Shown: positions 9,059-19,255, numbered from the stretch's first letter. The stretch: 64,000 nt of DNA from Candidatus Latescibacterota bacterium (GCA_965204725.1 OZ242005.1:1-64000); one strand, 5' to 3'. Program-made: numbers and translations. The notes: a model not told the origin generated them from the letters alone.

Positions 9059-10827
9059 TACCCTTGGTACTCCACCTCGACCACGCGCTCGTCCAACTCG
9101 CGTTGCAACCGCTCCACCTGCTCCGCCACGTACTCTACCGCCTGCTCCACCGGCACGTCTTGCCGCTCTTTTTCGCGCCGCAGCTTGACCTCGACAATCC
9201 CCCGCCGCAAACCGCGATCCCCCACCGTCACCCGCACCGGAATCCCAATCAGGTCGGCGTCGTTGAACTTGACCCCGGGGTTTTCTCGGCGGTCGTCGAG
9301 CAGCACCTCAATGCCGCGCTTGGCCAAGTCGGCGTAGAGCTGCTCGGCCGCATCTTGCGCTGCGCCCTCGCCCTTGGCGAGGAGGACGATGTGTACTGGA
9401 TAAGGCGCGACGGCAATGGGCCACACCAAGCCGTTTTCGTCGTGGTGCTCCTCGGCGATGCAGGCCAGCAGCCGCCCCACGCCGATCCCATAAGACCCCA
9501 TGACGACGGGCCGCGCCTGGCCCTCGGCGTCGAGGAAATCCCCGCCGAGAGCCTCGGTGAATTTGGTCCCTAGCTGGAAGATGTTGCCCACTTCCACCCC
9601 GCGCGATTCGCGCAACGCCGCCCCGCAGCTAGGGCAACCGTCGCCTTGCCGGGCGACGGCAATATCGGCGACCACATCGGCTGTGTAGTCGCGGCCGTAG
9701 TTTACATTGGCGAGGTGGTAGCCCGGTTCGTTGGCCCCGGCCACCAGATTGGGCGAGGACGCCACGGACTCATCCACGACGACCCGTGCGCCCTCCACGC
9801 CGATGGGCGATCCATAGCCCGGCTCCGCGCCGATGGCGCGTATATCCCCGTCCCGCGCCGGCCACATTTCGAGGGCACCGACCGCGTTGGCCAGCTTGGT
9901 CTCGTTGACTTCCATGTCGCCGCGCACGACCGCCAGTACAAACGCATCCCGCTTGTCCCTACCGTCGCCGACGGTGGCCATCATAAAGAGGGCCTTGGCG
10001 ATCTTGTGCGCGGGGACATCGAGCAGCGCGGTCAGTTCCTCCACGGTCGTAGCATTGGATGTGGCGATTTTCTCGGGCGCGGCGGGTGCTTCCTCGGGAT
10101 TGGCCGGTTTGGCGAAGGCGGCGATCTGGCGGTTGGCCGCGTACCCGCAGTCGTCGCACAAGAGCAGGGTGTCCTCGCCGACCGGCGTTAGGTACATGTA
10201 TTCGTGGGCCAGCTCGCCGCCCATCATCCCGGTATCCGAGCGCACTGCGAGGACATTGAGGCCGCAGCGATGGAAGATGTTGAAATAGCGCTGGTAATGG
10301 GCGCGGTATTGCTTTTCGAGGCCGGCCCAATCGGCGTCGAGGCTATAGGAGTCCTTCATGGTGAACTCGCGCACGCGGATAAGGCCCGAGCGGGGGCGGG
10401 GATCGTCGCGCCACTTGGTCTGGATGTGATAGACTAGCTGGGGCAGTTGCTTGTAGGACTTGATCTCGCGACGGACCAAGTCGGCTACGACCTCCTCATG
10501 GGTCATCGCCAGCACCATGTCGCGGTTGTTTTTGTCTTGGAAGCGACCCATCTCCGTGCCGACCGCGTACCAACGCCCGGTCTGCTGCCAAAGCTCGGCC
10601 GGATGCACCACCGGCATGGTGATCTCTTGGCCGCCGATGGCGTCTATCTCGCGGCGGATAATGTCCTCGATCTTGCGCATTGACCGCTGCGCTAGGGGCA
10701 GATAGCTAAAGATGCCGCTGGCCAGCGGGCGGATAAAGCCGGCCCGCAGCAAAAGCCGGTGGCTGGCTATCTCCACATCGGCGGTGACGTCGCGCAAGGT
10801 CTGGCTGAAAAGCTGACTCATTCGCAT
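9058..10827 (-). CDS. proS: Proline--tRNA ligase (bacterial type with editing insertion)
   Basis: MRMSQLF start with GAGGAG RBS; IRVREFTMKDSYS, EVGNIFQLGTK, MGSYGIGVGR, GVKFNDADLIG. Confidence 0.97.
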   Translation of the reverse strand: MRMSQLFSQTLRDVTADVEIASHRLLLRAGFIRPLASGIFSYLPLAQRSMRKIEDIIRREIDAIGGQEITMPVVHPAELWQQTGRWYAVGTEMGRFQDKNNRDMVLAMTHEEVVADLVRREIKSYKQLPQLVYHIQTKWRDDPRPRSGLIRVREFTMKDSYSLDADWAGLEKQYRAHYQRYFNIFHRCGLNVLAVRSDTGMMGGELAHEYMYLTPVGEDTLLLCDDCGYAANRQIAAFAKPANPEEAPAAPEKIATSNATTVEELTALLDVPAHKIAKALFMMATVGDGRDKRDAFVLAVVRGDMEVNETKLANAVGALEMWPARDGDIRAIGAEPGYGSPIGVEGARVVVDESVASSPNLVAGANEPGYHLANVNYGRDYTADVVADIAVARQGDGCPSCGAALRESRGVEVGNIFQLGTKFTEALGGDFLDAEGQARPVVMGSYGIGVGRLLACIAEEHHDENGLVWPIAVAPYPVHIVLLAKGEGAAQDAAEQLYADLAKRGIEVLLDDRRENPGVKFNDADLIGIPVRVTVGDRGLRRGIVEVKLRREKERQDVPVEQAVEYVAEQVERLQRELDERVVEVEYQG

Positions 10828-10912
10828 GGTTTTGCTCCTCCCTGTTAATTCCGGGCGCTGGTTAGTAATGCAGCGCACCGGGCCGTTGCACTCAATTCCA
10901 CAGTAGTCTAAG

Positions 10913-11616
10913 TCACCGATTGCGACCCACCGCCCGCATCGCCCGATACATGCACGACAGCGACACCAGCACCCAAATCAAGGCAATCAAATACGCCAGA
11001 TAGGGCACCTGCAATGGATCCAGCCCCCAATAGTCCGACAGCAGCCCGGCGTCCGTCTGCTCTGGATTCTCTCCCACAGGTCCGTGCGGAAGTCGTAGAG
11101 GCTATACAGGCACAGCATTACCCCCATCCACACCGCGCCGATGCTCGCCAGCCGCCGCGACTTGCAGGCCATGATGCACAAAACTAGCCCGCCGCCAATC
11201 CCCAACGCGAAATCAACCCCTCCCGCCGCCAGCGGCGTGTAGAGCAGGGTCATTCCTCCACAGGCCGCGCCAATGCACAACAACACCAAGCGCTGCGCCT
11301 GCGGATAAAGCGAAGTGTACATCAGCAACGCCCCCCACAGCGCCGACCCCACGTACCCGGCCGCGCTAATCAGCGGGAAAAAGCCGCCCTTCGTCAGAGT
11401 GTGCCCAGACTCGTTCCAGTGGGTGCGGATTTCAACGACCTCGCCGCCGGTGAGCAGCGCGGCGACCGCGTGATTGACCTCATGCACCAGCACCACAAAA
11501 AAGCGGAACGGCTTGATCAATGCGGTGTCCCAAAAGACCAGTGCCAGTCCCGTGCAAAGCAGATAGTAGCGAAATTGCCAGAAAATCCCGGCGATGTAGC
11601 GAGTGCGGCCGAACAT
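10913..11616 (-). pseudogene. M50B-like membrane metallopeptidase, frameshifted near the 3' end
   Basis: VHEVNH and AGYVGS motifs. Removing one GA from GAGAGA (11068-11073) restores WENPEQTDAGLL...LIALIWVLVSL...NR* with the stop at 10913. Confidence 0.7.
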
Positions 11617-11624
11617 GGCGTGCG

Positions 11625-13538
11625 CTAGGCACTTGTCTCAGCACCGATTCGTGCGATGGCCTCGGCGAGCGGGAGCGGGCCGAGCTGTTCGCCGGATCGC
11701 TGCCGGATTGCCACCGTGCCTTCTTCGACTTCGCGGTCGCCGGCGATCAGCATATAGGGCACCTTCTGCGTCTGCGCTTGGCGGATGCGCTTGTTGAGGG
11801 TCTCGCTGGCCGCGTCGAGTTCGGCCCGGATTCCAGCGGCGCGAAGCTGCTGGTAGAGCTGGCCGCCGTATTCGGCGTGGCGCTCGGCAATGGGCAAAAC
11901 CACCGCTTGCACGGGGGCCAGCCACACCGGGAACGCGCCGGCGTAGTGTTCGATCAAGAAGCCGATAAAGCGCTCGTGGGTCCCCAGCGGGGCGCGGTGG
12001 ATGCAAATGGGCGTCTCCTCTGCGCCCGCCGCGTTGGTGTACGTCAAGCCGAAGCGCCCGGGCTGGGCGAAATCGACTTGGTTGGTGGCGATTGTAAACT
12101 GCCGCCCGATGGCACTCCAAACCTCGACGTCGATCTTGGGGCCGTAAAAGGCGGCTTCATCGGGCACTTCTTCGTAGTTGATCCCGCCCCGCACCATGGC
12201 GTCGCGCACCAAGTCCTCGGTGCGGCACCACTTCTCGCGGTCGTCCACGTACTTTGCCCCTAGCCCGGCGGGCGCGTGGGTGCTCAAGCGCATCAGGTAA
12301 TTCTCCAAGCCGAACAGCTCAAAGTAGCGCAGGTACATCTGACAGACGGCGAGGAATTCCTCCTCAAATTGGTCGAGCGTGCAATAGATATGCGCGTCGT
12401 TCATCTGCAAAGAACGCACCCGCATCAACCCAAACAACTCGCCCGACTGCTCGTAGCGATAGCACGTGCCATACTCGGCCAGCCGCAGCGGCAGGTCGCG
12501 GTACGAGCGCGCGGCCGCGGCGAAAATTTTGTGGTGATGGGGGCAGTTCATGGGCTTGAGGTAGTACTTGACTCCCTCCAACTCCATCGGCGGAAACATC
12601 GACTCGGCATAGTACGGCAAGTGGCCGCTGCGCAGGTACATGGACTCTTTGCATATATGCGGCGTCCGCACCCGCTGATAGCCCGCCGCGCACTCGGTTT
12701 GGCGGGCCAAGTCCTCCAGCTCGTCGATGAGCACCGCCCCCTTGGGAAGCCACAGGGGCAACCCCGGCCCCACTTCGTCGTCAAAGGTGAACAACTCCAG
12801 TTGCTTGCCGAGGGCGCGGTGGTCGCGCTTTTTGGCCTCTTTGAGCATCCTTAGGTGGCGGTCGAGCTCCTCGCGGGTGGCAAAGGCCGTGCCGTATATC
12901 CGCTGCAACACCTTGCGGCTTTCGTCGCCGCGCCAATAGGCCCCCGCCACGCTCAGCAGCTTGAAGTGCCTGATTTGGCCGGTGCCGAGTATGTGCGGCC
13001 CCCGGCACAAGTCGATAAACTCGCCGTCTTGGTAAAAGGACAAAGGCTGGCCTTCTTCCAAGTCCGCGAGGATCTCCTGTTTGTAGGGGGCGTTGGCGAC
13101 CATCGCGGCTGCTTCCTCGGGCGCAACATCGATCCGCTCGAACTTGTGGTTTTGCTTGACGACTCGCTTCATCTCCCGCTCGATCTTCTGCAAGTCTTCG
13201 GGCGTAAAAGGCTCGGCCACGTCAAAGTCGTAGTAGAAGCCGTCGTCAATGGCCGGGCCGATCGCCAATTGCGCGTCTGGGAAGAGGCGCAGCACCGCCT
13301 GCGCCAAAACGTGCGACATGCTGTGGCGGTAGATCGCAGCGGCCTCGTCCGCATCCCACGGAATAAGCTCAACTTCCGCTTGGCGACCGAGCCGAGTGTG
13401 GAAATCGACGCACTCGTCGCCAGCGCGGGCGGCAATGTATTGCTTCAATAGCCCTTTGTTCTCTTGGGCGAGGATCTCCTTGAGCGTGCCCTCGCCGGGG
13501 TATTCGATGGCCTGTCCTTGCGCTACCTTGATTAACAT
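11625..13538 (-). CDS. thrS: Threonine--tRNA ligase
   Basis: RHSMSH, DLCRGPH, KPMNCPHH, GLMRVR, AAFYGPK and IHRAPLG motifs. Confidence 0.98.
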   Translation of the reverse strand: MLIKVAQGQAIEYPGEGTLKEILAQENKGLLKQYIAARAGDECVDFHTRLGRQAEVELIPWDADEAAAIYRHSMSHVLAQAVLRLFPDAQLAIGPAIDDGFYYDFDVAEPFTPEDLQKIEREMKRVVKQNHKFERIDVAPEEAAAMVANAPYKQEILADLEEGQPLSFYQDGEFIDLCRGPHILGTGQIRHFKLLSVAGAYWRGDESRKVLQRIYGTAFATREELDRHLRMLKEAKKRDHRALGKQLELFTFDDEVGPGLPLWLPKGAVLIDELEDLARQTECAAGYQRVRTPHICKESMYLRSGHLPYYAESMFPPMELEGVKYYLKPMNCPHHHKIFAAAARSYRDLPLRLAEYGTCYRYEQSGELFGLMRVRSLQMNDAHIYCTLDQFEEEFLAVCQMYLRYFELFGLENYLMRLSTHAPAGLGAKYVDDREKWCRTEDLVRDAMVRGGINYEEVPDEAAFYGPKIDVEVWSAIGRQFTIATNQVDFAQPGRFGLTYTNAAGAEETPICIHRAPLGTHERFIGFLIEHYAGAFPVWLAPVQAVVLPIAERHAEYGGQLYQQLRAAGIRAELDAASETLNKRIRQAQTQKVPYMLIAGDREVEEGTVAIRQRSGEQLGPLPLAEAIARIGAETSA

Positions 13539-13556
13539 GACGCACTCCTTGGCACG

Positions 13557-13589
13557 AAAAAACCCGCTGTCATTGCAGCCGACAGCGGG
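13557..13589 (-). terminator. Intrinsic terminator (attenuator) in the thrS leader
   Basis: CCCGCTGTC-9 nt loop-GACAGCGGG followed by TTTTTT on the minus strand, 18 nt upstream of the thrS ATG. Confidence 0.85.
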
Positions 13590-13619
13590 GAAAGGTTGTA
13601 CATAAATTTTAGTCCGTCG

Positions 13620-13724
13620 CTATCCGGCGCATATACATGTCGTAGTGGTAGGGGAAGCCATCGGCCCCGACGGGAAACCGCTAGGATACGCTGTGAACGC
13701 GACTGTACGCATAGCAGAAATCAT
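13620..13724 (-). CDS. thrS leader peptide (34 aa) with a run of four Thr
   Basis: MISAMRTVAFTAYPSGFPSGPMASPTTTTCICAG*; Thr codons ACC ACT ACG ACA at 13638-13649. Too short to appear in the ORF track. Confidence 0.75.
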   Translation of the reverse strand: MISAMRTVAFTAYPSGFPSGPMASPTTTTCICAG

Positions 13725-13731
13725 GGCGTAT

Positions 13732-13761
13732 AAAATACCGGCGGCGCGCCGACGGTGTCAA
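13732..13761 (-). promoter_or_regulatory. sigma70-like promoter for the thrS leader
   Basis: TTGACA-18 bp-TATTTT, 7 nt upstream of the leader ATG. Confidence 0.6.
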
Positions 13762-13765
13762 GCCT

Positions 13766-15256
13766 TCAGGCCAGCTCGTAGTGGGCGCGGTCGGGCAGAG
13801 GCACTGGTCGGCCATCCTCGGTGTTAATGCTCCAGTCGGCTAGCCGCTGGCGCATGTCTGCGAGGACGTCTCGGTGTGGCTCCTCGTCGATCACATTGAC
13901 CAACTCGCCGCTGTCGGCGACGAGGTCGTAGAGTTCGTCGCGGTCTCCCATAGGGTCGTGGACGTACTTCCACTCGCGGGTGCGGACCATCTTGCACTGG
14001 CCGGCCGCCTCGCGCCACTGCAAGGTGTCGATCAGGGTCTTGCGTCCCCAAGGTTGAGGCTGCTTTTGCAAGTCGGCCATGGTAAAGAGCGGCCCGCCGC
14101 TGCCGTATTCAGAAAAGGTCGCGTCCCGGGGCGCGGCCTTGGTCACGGTGGGCAACGGCATCCCGTGCATTGAGCGCGGCTGCTCCAGTCCCTGCAAATG
14201 CAACAGCGTCGGCACCACGTCGATTAGGTTGGCCATGCTCTGGTCGCGCACCCCAGCGGCGACCTGCCCGGGCCAAGAGACAATCAGGGGTACGCGCGTC
14301 AGGCTGTCGTAGAATACCCCGCCCTTGCACTGCATGGCGTGTTCGCCCATGAAGTCGCCGTGGTCCGAGCAAAAGACCACAATCGTCTGCTCCCGCAGCC
14401 CCAATTCTTCGAGCTTGTCGAGTATCTGGCCGAGCGCGTCGTCGATAAAGCGCACCATGCCAAAGTACGAGGCCATGACGCCGTAGAGGTCTTCGAGCGG
14501 ATCGCGGCGCACGCCCAGCATTTGGTAGAGTACGCGGTTGCGCTCGGGGGCGCGCTCGTCGTCAAATTCGTCGTCGCGCCAAGCGGGCAAGTCAATGGCC
14601 GTGGGCGGAAACAAGGCCGCGTATTCGGCTGGGCACAGCCACGGCTCGTGCGGGTCGGGAAAGGAAACCCACAGGGCAAAGGGCTGGTCTTGGTGCTTTT
14701 CGATAAAGCGCGTCGTCTGCCCGGCGATTAGGCCGGTTGAGTGGGCCTCTAACGGCAACTCGGAGGTGCCATAGCTAAAGCGGGGATTCTGATGGGCGAG
14801 TTGGCGATGCTCGGCCGCGACTTGGCGACGCCCTTCTGCCGGCCGGAACCAGTCCATGCCCCGCGTCTGCGGCCCCTCGTCGCGCCCGCCGTGGGTAAAG
14901 GCATTCCACACGTCGAAGAGCGCCAAATCTTCCTCCCGCTCGAAGCAGTGATTTTTGCCGATGAGGCCCGTGGCGTAGCCAGCCGCTTTCCAGAACTGCC
15001 AAGCGTGCTCGGCCCCGGCCGGCATCAAGGTCTGATTGCGCCGGCCGCCGTGCGAGTGGGGAAATTGCGAGGTCCAAAACGAGATCCGCGCCGGCACACA
15101 AAGCGGGTGCGGAGTGATTGCGTTCTCAAAGAGCACTCCGTCGGCGGCTAGGCGTTCCATCGACGGGGTTTGGCAAAAGGTGTTGCCGTAGAGGTGGCTG
15201 GCTGTGGCGCGCTGCTGGTCGGTCATTATTACGAGGATGTTGGGTCGGTCGGTCAT
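13766..15256 (-). CDS. Formylglycine-dependent sulfatase
   Basis: PNILVIMTDQ, CVPAR (CxPxR), GKNH and SDHG motifs. Confidence 0.92.
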   Translation of the reverse strand: MTDRPNILVIMTDQQRATASHLYGNTFCQTPSMERLAADGVLFENAITPHPLCVPARISFWTSQFPHSHGGRRNQTLMPAGAEHAWQFWKAAGYATGLIGKNHCFEREEDLALFDVWNAFTHGGRDEGPQTRGMDWFRPAEGRRQVAAEHRQLAHQNPRFSYGTSELPLEAHSTGLIAGQTTRFIEKHQDQPFALWVSFPDPHEPWLCPAEYAALFPPTAIDLPAWRDDEFDDERAPERNRVLYQMLGVRRDPLEDLYGVMASYFGMVRFIDDALGQILDKLEELGLREQTIVVFCSDHGDFMGEHAMQCKGGVFYDSLTRVPLIVSWPGQVAAGVRDQSMANLIDVVPTLLHLQGLEQPRSMHGMPLPTVTKAAPRDATFSEYGSGGPLFTMADLQKQPQPWGRKTLIDTLQWREAAGQCKMVRTREWKYVHDPMGDRDELYDLVADSGELVNVIDEEPHRDVLADMRQRLADWSINTEDGRPVPLPDRAHYELA

Positions 15257-15284
15257 GGTGGGTTCCTTTGGGTGATGAACAGGC

Positions 15285-18248
15285 TTAGCTGGGAGCGAGT
15301 AGGTCGTCTAGGCTGCGGGCAATTCGGTAGTGCGCCGGGGATTCGCTCACGTTAAGCGCGGCAAAGTGCGCCTTGCCACACTCGATCTTGGCTCTTTCGG
15401 CATCGCGGAGATCGCTGGCGAACAGGCTGGCCTTCGTTTCGACTACAAAATACAGCCGCTCGCCTTCGTCTTTCTCAACGATCACGGCCCAGTCCGGGTT
15501 GTAGCTTCCAAGCGGCGTCGGCACCGTGAACCATCCCGGCAGCTTGGCGTACACCTTGACCTCCGTGCTGTTCGCCAACTCCTCGGCAAAGGATTTCTCA
15601 ACTTCGGAGTCGTACACTACCTGATCGTACACGGACTTCGTCGCGTCCGAAAGTACGTTCTTCATATAGCCGGTCAGTTCCTCGTTCTCAAAGAGTTTCT
15701 GTGCATAGTAGTACTCGTCTCCGAGGCGCTGGTACTTAACGCCATCTACCAAGGCGAGGCGCTTGCAGCGGTTGATAGCTTGCGCGGCGAGTTCGATAAA
15801 TTGTTGCGGGTTTCGCTTGAAATCGGCGAGGCGTGCGCTCTCACAGAGAATGCGCTGTATGCTGCGGCGCGTGAGTTGCGTCCGGTCCTGAAGCTCAGTG
15901 AGCACATCGGGTAGCTCTATATCGTCTTCGTCTAGCACCACGGAGGCTGCCCCCTCGCGTTCGGTCGCCTCGACTCCTGATTGGCCGATGGCGATGTCGG
16001 CTTTGCGCCACTGGATCCGGGGCCTAGGGATCGGCGGTGCATCGTCAAGTGCTTTGATGCACTGTGCGAGCAGGTCTTGGTTGTCGAACTCGACGCGGTA
16101 CGTGGTCTTGTGTTTGATGCGGTCCCACAGGGCCTTGAACTCCGGGCTGTGGAGTACGGCGCGGCGCGGGCGAATTGAGCAGCGCTCGTCGGCGTTTTTG
16201 ATTGTCAGACGCCCGGCGAGTTTGCGTAGCACCTTAGCGATCTCTTGGCGCTGCTCGGCGAATTCCTCGGGTACGCTGAGGGTATCGTCCTCAAGTGCCA
16301 CTCGGAGCGCGTCCTCAATGCGCCCGGTCGCGTCGATATACCCCTCTGCTTTCAGATGGTCCCACACATTCTTCGACGCTTCGGAACCGAGAGCCGTCGT
16401 CTGTCCGTCCGCACCGACGACCGGAATAGCCGCAAACTGATGCTCCTCTACGACGCCAAAGCGGATGCCGGTGTCGATCTCGATTTCCTGTTGGAGGTTC
16501 TCGGCAAATTCTTCGTAGCTCTCCGTAGCAATGACCGTGAGCATATTGACCCCAAAGCCGCGCTGCCGCTCTCCTTTTTGATTGACGCACAGGCGCAGGC
16601 CGCGTCCGATGGTCTGCCGCCGCTCCCGCTCGGTGCGAATGTCGCGGAGCGTACATATCTGAAAGACGTTGGGGTTGTCCCAGCCTTCGCGCAAAGCCGA
16701 GTGCGAGAAGATGAACTTGAGTGGCGTCTCTAGGCTCAGGAGCTTCTCTTTGTCCCGCATGATCAGGTTGTAGGCTCGTTCGGCGTTGTCGCGATTGGGC
16801 TGGTTGTTCTCGGCGGTATCGGTCCAACCGCCCTTCTTGTCGATGGAGAAATAGCCGTTGTGGACATCCTCTGCGCTCGCGGCGGCAAGGAGGCTCTGGT
16901 AGTCTGGATGCTTGGCCAGACGCTGATACTCTTCCTCAAAAATTCGGGCGTAGTCGCCCTTGACCGGATACCCCTCGGCGTCGTACTGCCGGTAGCGGTC
17001 CACCGCATCGATGAAAAACAGGCTGAGCACCTTGATCTCTTGCGGGCGCAGGCACTTCTCTTTGTCGAAGTGCTCGCGGATGGTGCGGCGAATCATCTCG
17101 CGCTGGACAGCGAGAGTATCCACATCGCCGTAGGCTTCTCCCAACCGGAGAAAGTGCTCGCCACCGGGTACGCGCAACTCGACGAATTCGTCGCCCCTTT
17201 TGACGCGAATCTCGCCAATGCGGCAGTTGTGGTAGATCGCACGTCCGGTGGTTTGTTCGAGATCGTCGCCATCTTGGACCATGGCTTCCCGCCGCCGGAC
17301 CCCAGTCGTCGTTTCCATGTCGAGTTCGACCTTGGCGCTGATCGTGCCGCGCTGGTTGCGCGTTGACACTAGGCGGACGTAGGGCTTGTTGTGGGCGTCT
17401 TTGACCGTCGCCGATGCTACCTCAATCTGCTTGACCAACTTGCGCTCGTAAGCATCTACCGCATCGAGCCGATAGACCATGTGATGCTCGTTGGCGTGTG
17501 TCGCCGAGTAGCGCAGTGTGCAGAGGGGGTTCATGGCGATGAGGGCTTCTCGGCCGCGCCCCTGCAAACCGCCATCTACACTCTGCGGCTCATCGACGAT
17601 CAGGATGGGGCGCGTGGCCCGGATTAGATCAATCGGCTTTTCGCCGCCCGTCTTCTCGCTGTCCTTATAGAGATTGTTGACGTCCTTTTTGTTAATAGCA
17701 CCGACCGTTACCACCATGATCTGAATCTGCGGACTGGTGGCAAAGTTTCGCACTTGACCGAGCTTGGCCGAGTCGTAGAGGAAGTATTCAAAGGGCGTAC
17801 CCGAGTAGAGTGCCCGGAAGTGGTCGTCGGTAATCTGGAGCGACTTGTACACGCCCTCCTTGATGGCGACTGAGGGCACGACGATGACGAACTTGGTGAA
17901 GCCGTAGCGTTTGTTTAGCTCGAAGATGGTGCGTAGGTACACATAGGTCTTGCCGGTGCCAGTCTCCATCTCCACGGTGAAGTCGCCCGAATCCAAGGCG
18001 GCTGAAGGGGACAAGCCGTTGCGGAGCTGGACATCGTTGAGATTGGCGAATATCTCCTCATCGGGCAGGTTTAGGCGATTGCCGGTGCCCAGATCGCTTT
18101 CCGCAAAGCCGAGGCCAGCCTGAGCATCCGCCGCATTGCGTACGACTGTGAATTCGGTGCGGCAGACCTCTTGGCCGCGAAACAGGTCGCAGACGGCTTC
18201 GATGGCTTGGAGTTGGTAGTCGAGATTGGGTTCAAAGTGGAGTTTCAT
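15285..18248 (-). CDS. res: Type III restriction enzyme Res subunit
   Basis: EMETGTGKT, DEPQ, ALREGWDNPN and QTIGRGLR helicase motifs; C-terminal NPDW...ETK nuclease. Confidence 0.93.
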   Translation of the reverse strand: MKLHFEPNLDYQLQAIEAVCDLFRGQEVCRTEFTVVRNAADAQAGLGFAESDLGTGNRLNLPDEEIFANLNDVQLRNGLSPSAALDSGDFTVEMETGTGKTYVYLRTIFELNKRYGFTKFVIVVPSVAIKEGVYKSLQITDDHFRALYSGTPFEYFLYDSAKLGQVRNFATSPQIQIMVVTVGAINKKDVNNLYKDSEKTGGEKPIDLIRATRPILIVDEPQSVDGGLQGRGREALIAMNPLCTLRYSATHANEHHMVYRLDAVDAYERKLVKQIEVASATVKDAHNKPYVRLVSTRNQRGTISAKVELDMETTTGVRRREAMVQDGDDLEQTTGRAIYHNCRIGEIRVKRGDEFVELRVPGGEHFLRLGEAYGDVDTLAVQREMIRRTIREHFDKEKCLRPQEIKVLSLFFIDAVDRYRQYDAEGYPVKGDYARIFEEEYQRLAKHPDYQSLLAAASAEDVHNGYFSIDKKGGWTDTAENNQPNRDNAERAYNLIMRDKEKLLSLETPLKFIFSHSALREGWDNPNVFQICTLRDIRTERERRQTIGRGLRLCVNQKGERQRGFGVNMLTVIATESYEEFAENLQQEIEIDTGIRFGVVEEHQFAAIPVVGADGQTTALGSEASKNVWDHLKAEGYIDATGRIEDALRVALEDDTLSVPEEFAEQRQEIAKVLRKLAGRLTIKNADERCSIRPRRAVLHSPEFKALWDRIKHKTTYRVEFDNQDLLAQCIKALDDAPPIPRPRIQWRKADIAIGQSGVEATEREGAASVVLDEDDIELPDVLTELQDRTQLTRRSIQRILCESARLADFKRNPQQFIELAAQAINRCKRLALVDGVKYQRLGDEYYYAQKLFENEELTGYMKNVLSDATKSVYDQVVYDSEVEKSFAEELANSTEVKVYAKLPGWFTVPTPLGSYNPDWAVIVEKDEGERLYFVVETKASLFASDLRDAERAKIECGKAHFAALNVSESPAHYRIARSLDDLLAPS

Positions 18249-19252
18249 AGTGCGTTTTCTATGATGCCCCAGCGTCTGCTCCCGGAACGCGTCTGGCGGT
18301 CACAGAGAGCGAGTAGCTCTCTGTATCGGGTCGGAAAAATAGATTCGGGAATGATTTCAAACTGGTATCGGTCTGAGCCCGTTCTATGAAAGAGAATAAG
18401 GCATGGGCGATCTCGGTATTCCAACTCATTGATGACGAGACGGATGGTGTCGTTTTCAAATAGCCTCATCTTTCGGCTGCGAGCTGACTGGCATCCCTTC
18501 TCAGTCAGTGTGATTACTTTGGAACATTTGAATTCAAAAAATTCTCTCGCGGCTTGGACCGGAAGTTGAATCTGCTTGCCATTAGGACCGGTTTCCCTAG
18601 GCATGATCTCAATGACGAGATCGCCAGAATTAGCCAACTCTCGATCTGTAACAGACGGCTCCTTCTTCGCGCCCCAAGTAAATGTTGTCTCCCTAGATAC
18701 CATGCGGCTTTGCTCAAATTTACTACGGTCACGCTGGTAAGATTTTAGGATTTTATTCGTCAGTGCGATGCTCCCCGCATGTACCTCCTTTGCCCAATTC
18801 CGAAGATCTGGAGGGGCACCGCTACACCGAATGGTCACAGCAAATTCGATGTTGTTGATTAGTCCATCGCGAGTGAGATTGTTACTACCAACCCACACTC
18901 GGCATCGTGTAGAGCGATCGAGCCATACAACCTTCGGATGAAATACGCCCCGATAGTTGCTCATAAGGCGAACAGTGACGTCGTCATCAGCCATGGCTTT
19001 CAACCCTTCCGGATCTGTGATCGCGTGATCCGTTCCAACATACGCAAACACTTTACGACGCCGATCGAATTTCAGCCAGCTCAAAATACTCCCGCGAATC
19101 TCATCCCACCCTCGCTTCGTTACGGCGTAAAAGTAGAGACGTAGCTGCGCGTCTCCTTTCTTCCGATCTTCCTTCAACGTCGAATTCAGCGAGTCCCTAA
19201 ACTCAGCTACCTTCCACGTTGAGAAAGACCCTGTAGGGAGATGACTGTTCAT
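18245..19252 (-). CDS. PLD-family (HKD) nuclease, BfiI/NgoFVII-like, inside the type III operon
   Basis: FHPKVVWLD and VGSNNLT...NIE motifs; overlaps the res start by 4 bp. Confidence 0.7.
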   Translation of the reverse strand: MNSHLPTGSFSTWKVAEFRDSLNSTLKEDRKKGDAQLRLYFYAVTKRGWDEIRGSILSWLKFDRRRKVFAYVGTDHAITDPEGLKAMADDDVTVRLMSNYRGVFHPKVVWLDRSTRCRVWVGSNNLTRDGLINNIEFAVTIRCSGAPPDLRNWAKEVHAGSIALTNKILKSYQRDRSKFEQSRMVSRETTFTWGAKKEPSVTDRELANSGDLVIEIMPRETGPNGKQIQLPVQAAREFFEFKCSKVITLTEKGCQSARSRKMRLFENDTIRLVINELEYRDRPCLILFHRTGSDRYQFEIIPESIFPTRYRELLALCDRQTRSGSRRWGIIENAL

Positions 19253-19255
19253 CGG

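Noticed and set aside
7796-9337. 513-aa plus-strand ORF
   Set aside because: Antisense shadow of the DMFase-like gene and proS with no motifs; typical of high-GC DNA
13539-13760. T-box riboswitch for thrS
   Set aside because: No T-box consensus (AAGGTGGTACC-like) seen; a leader peptide plus terminator explains the region
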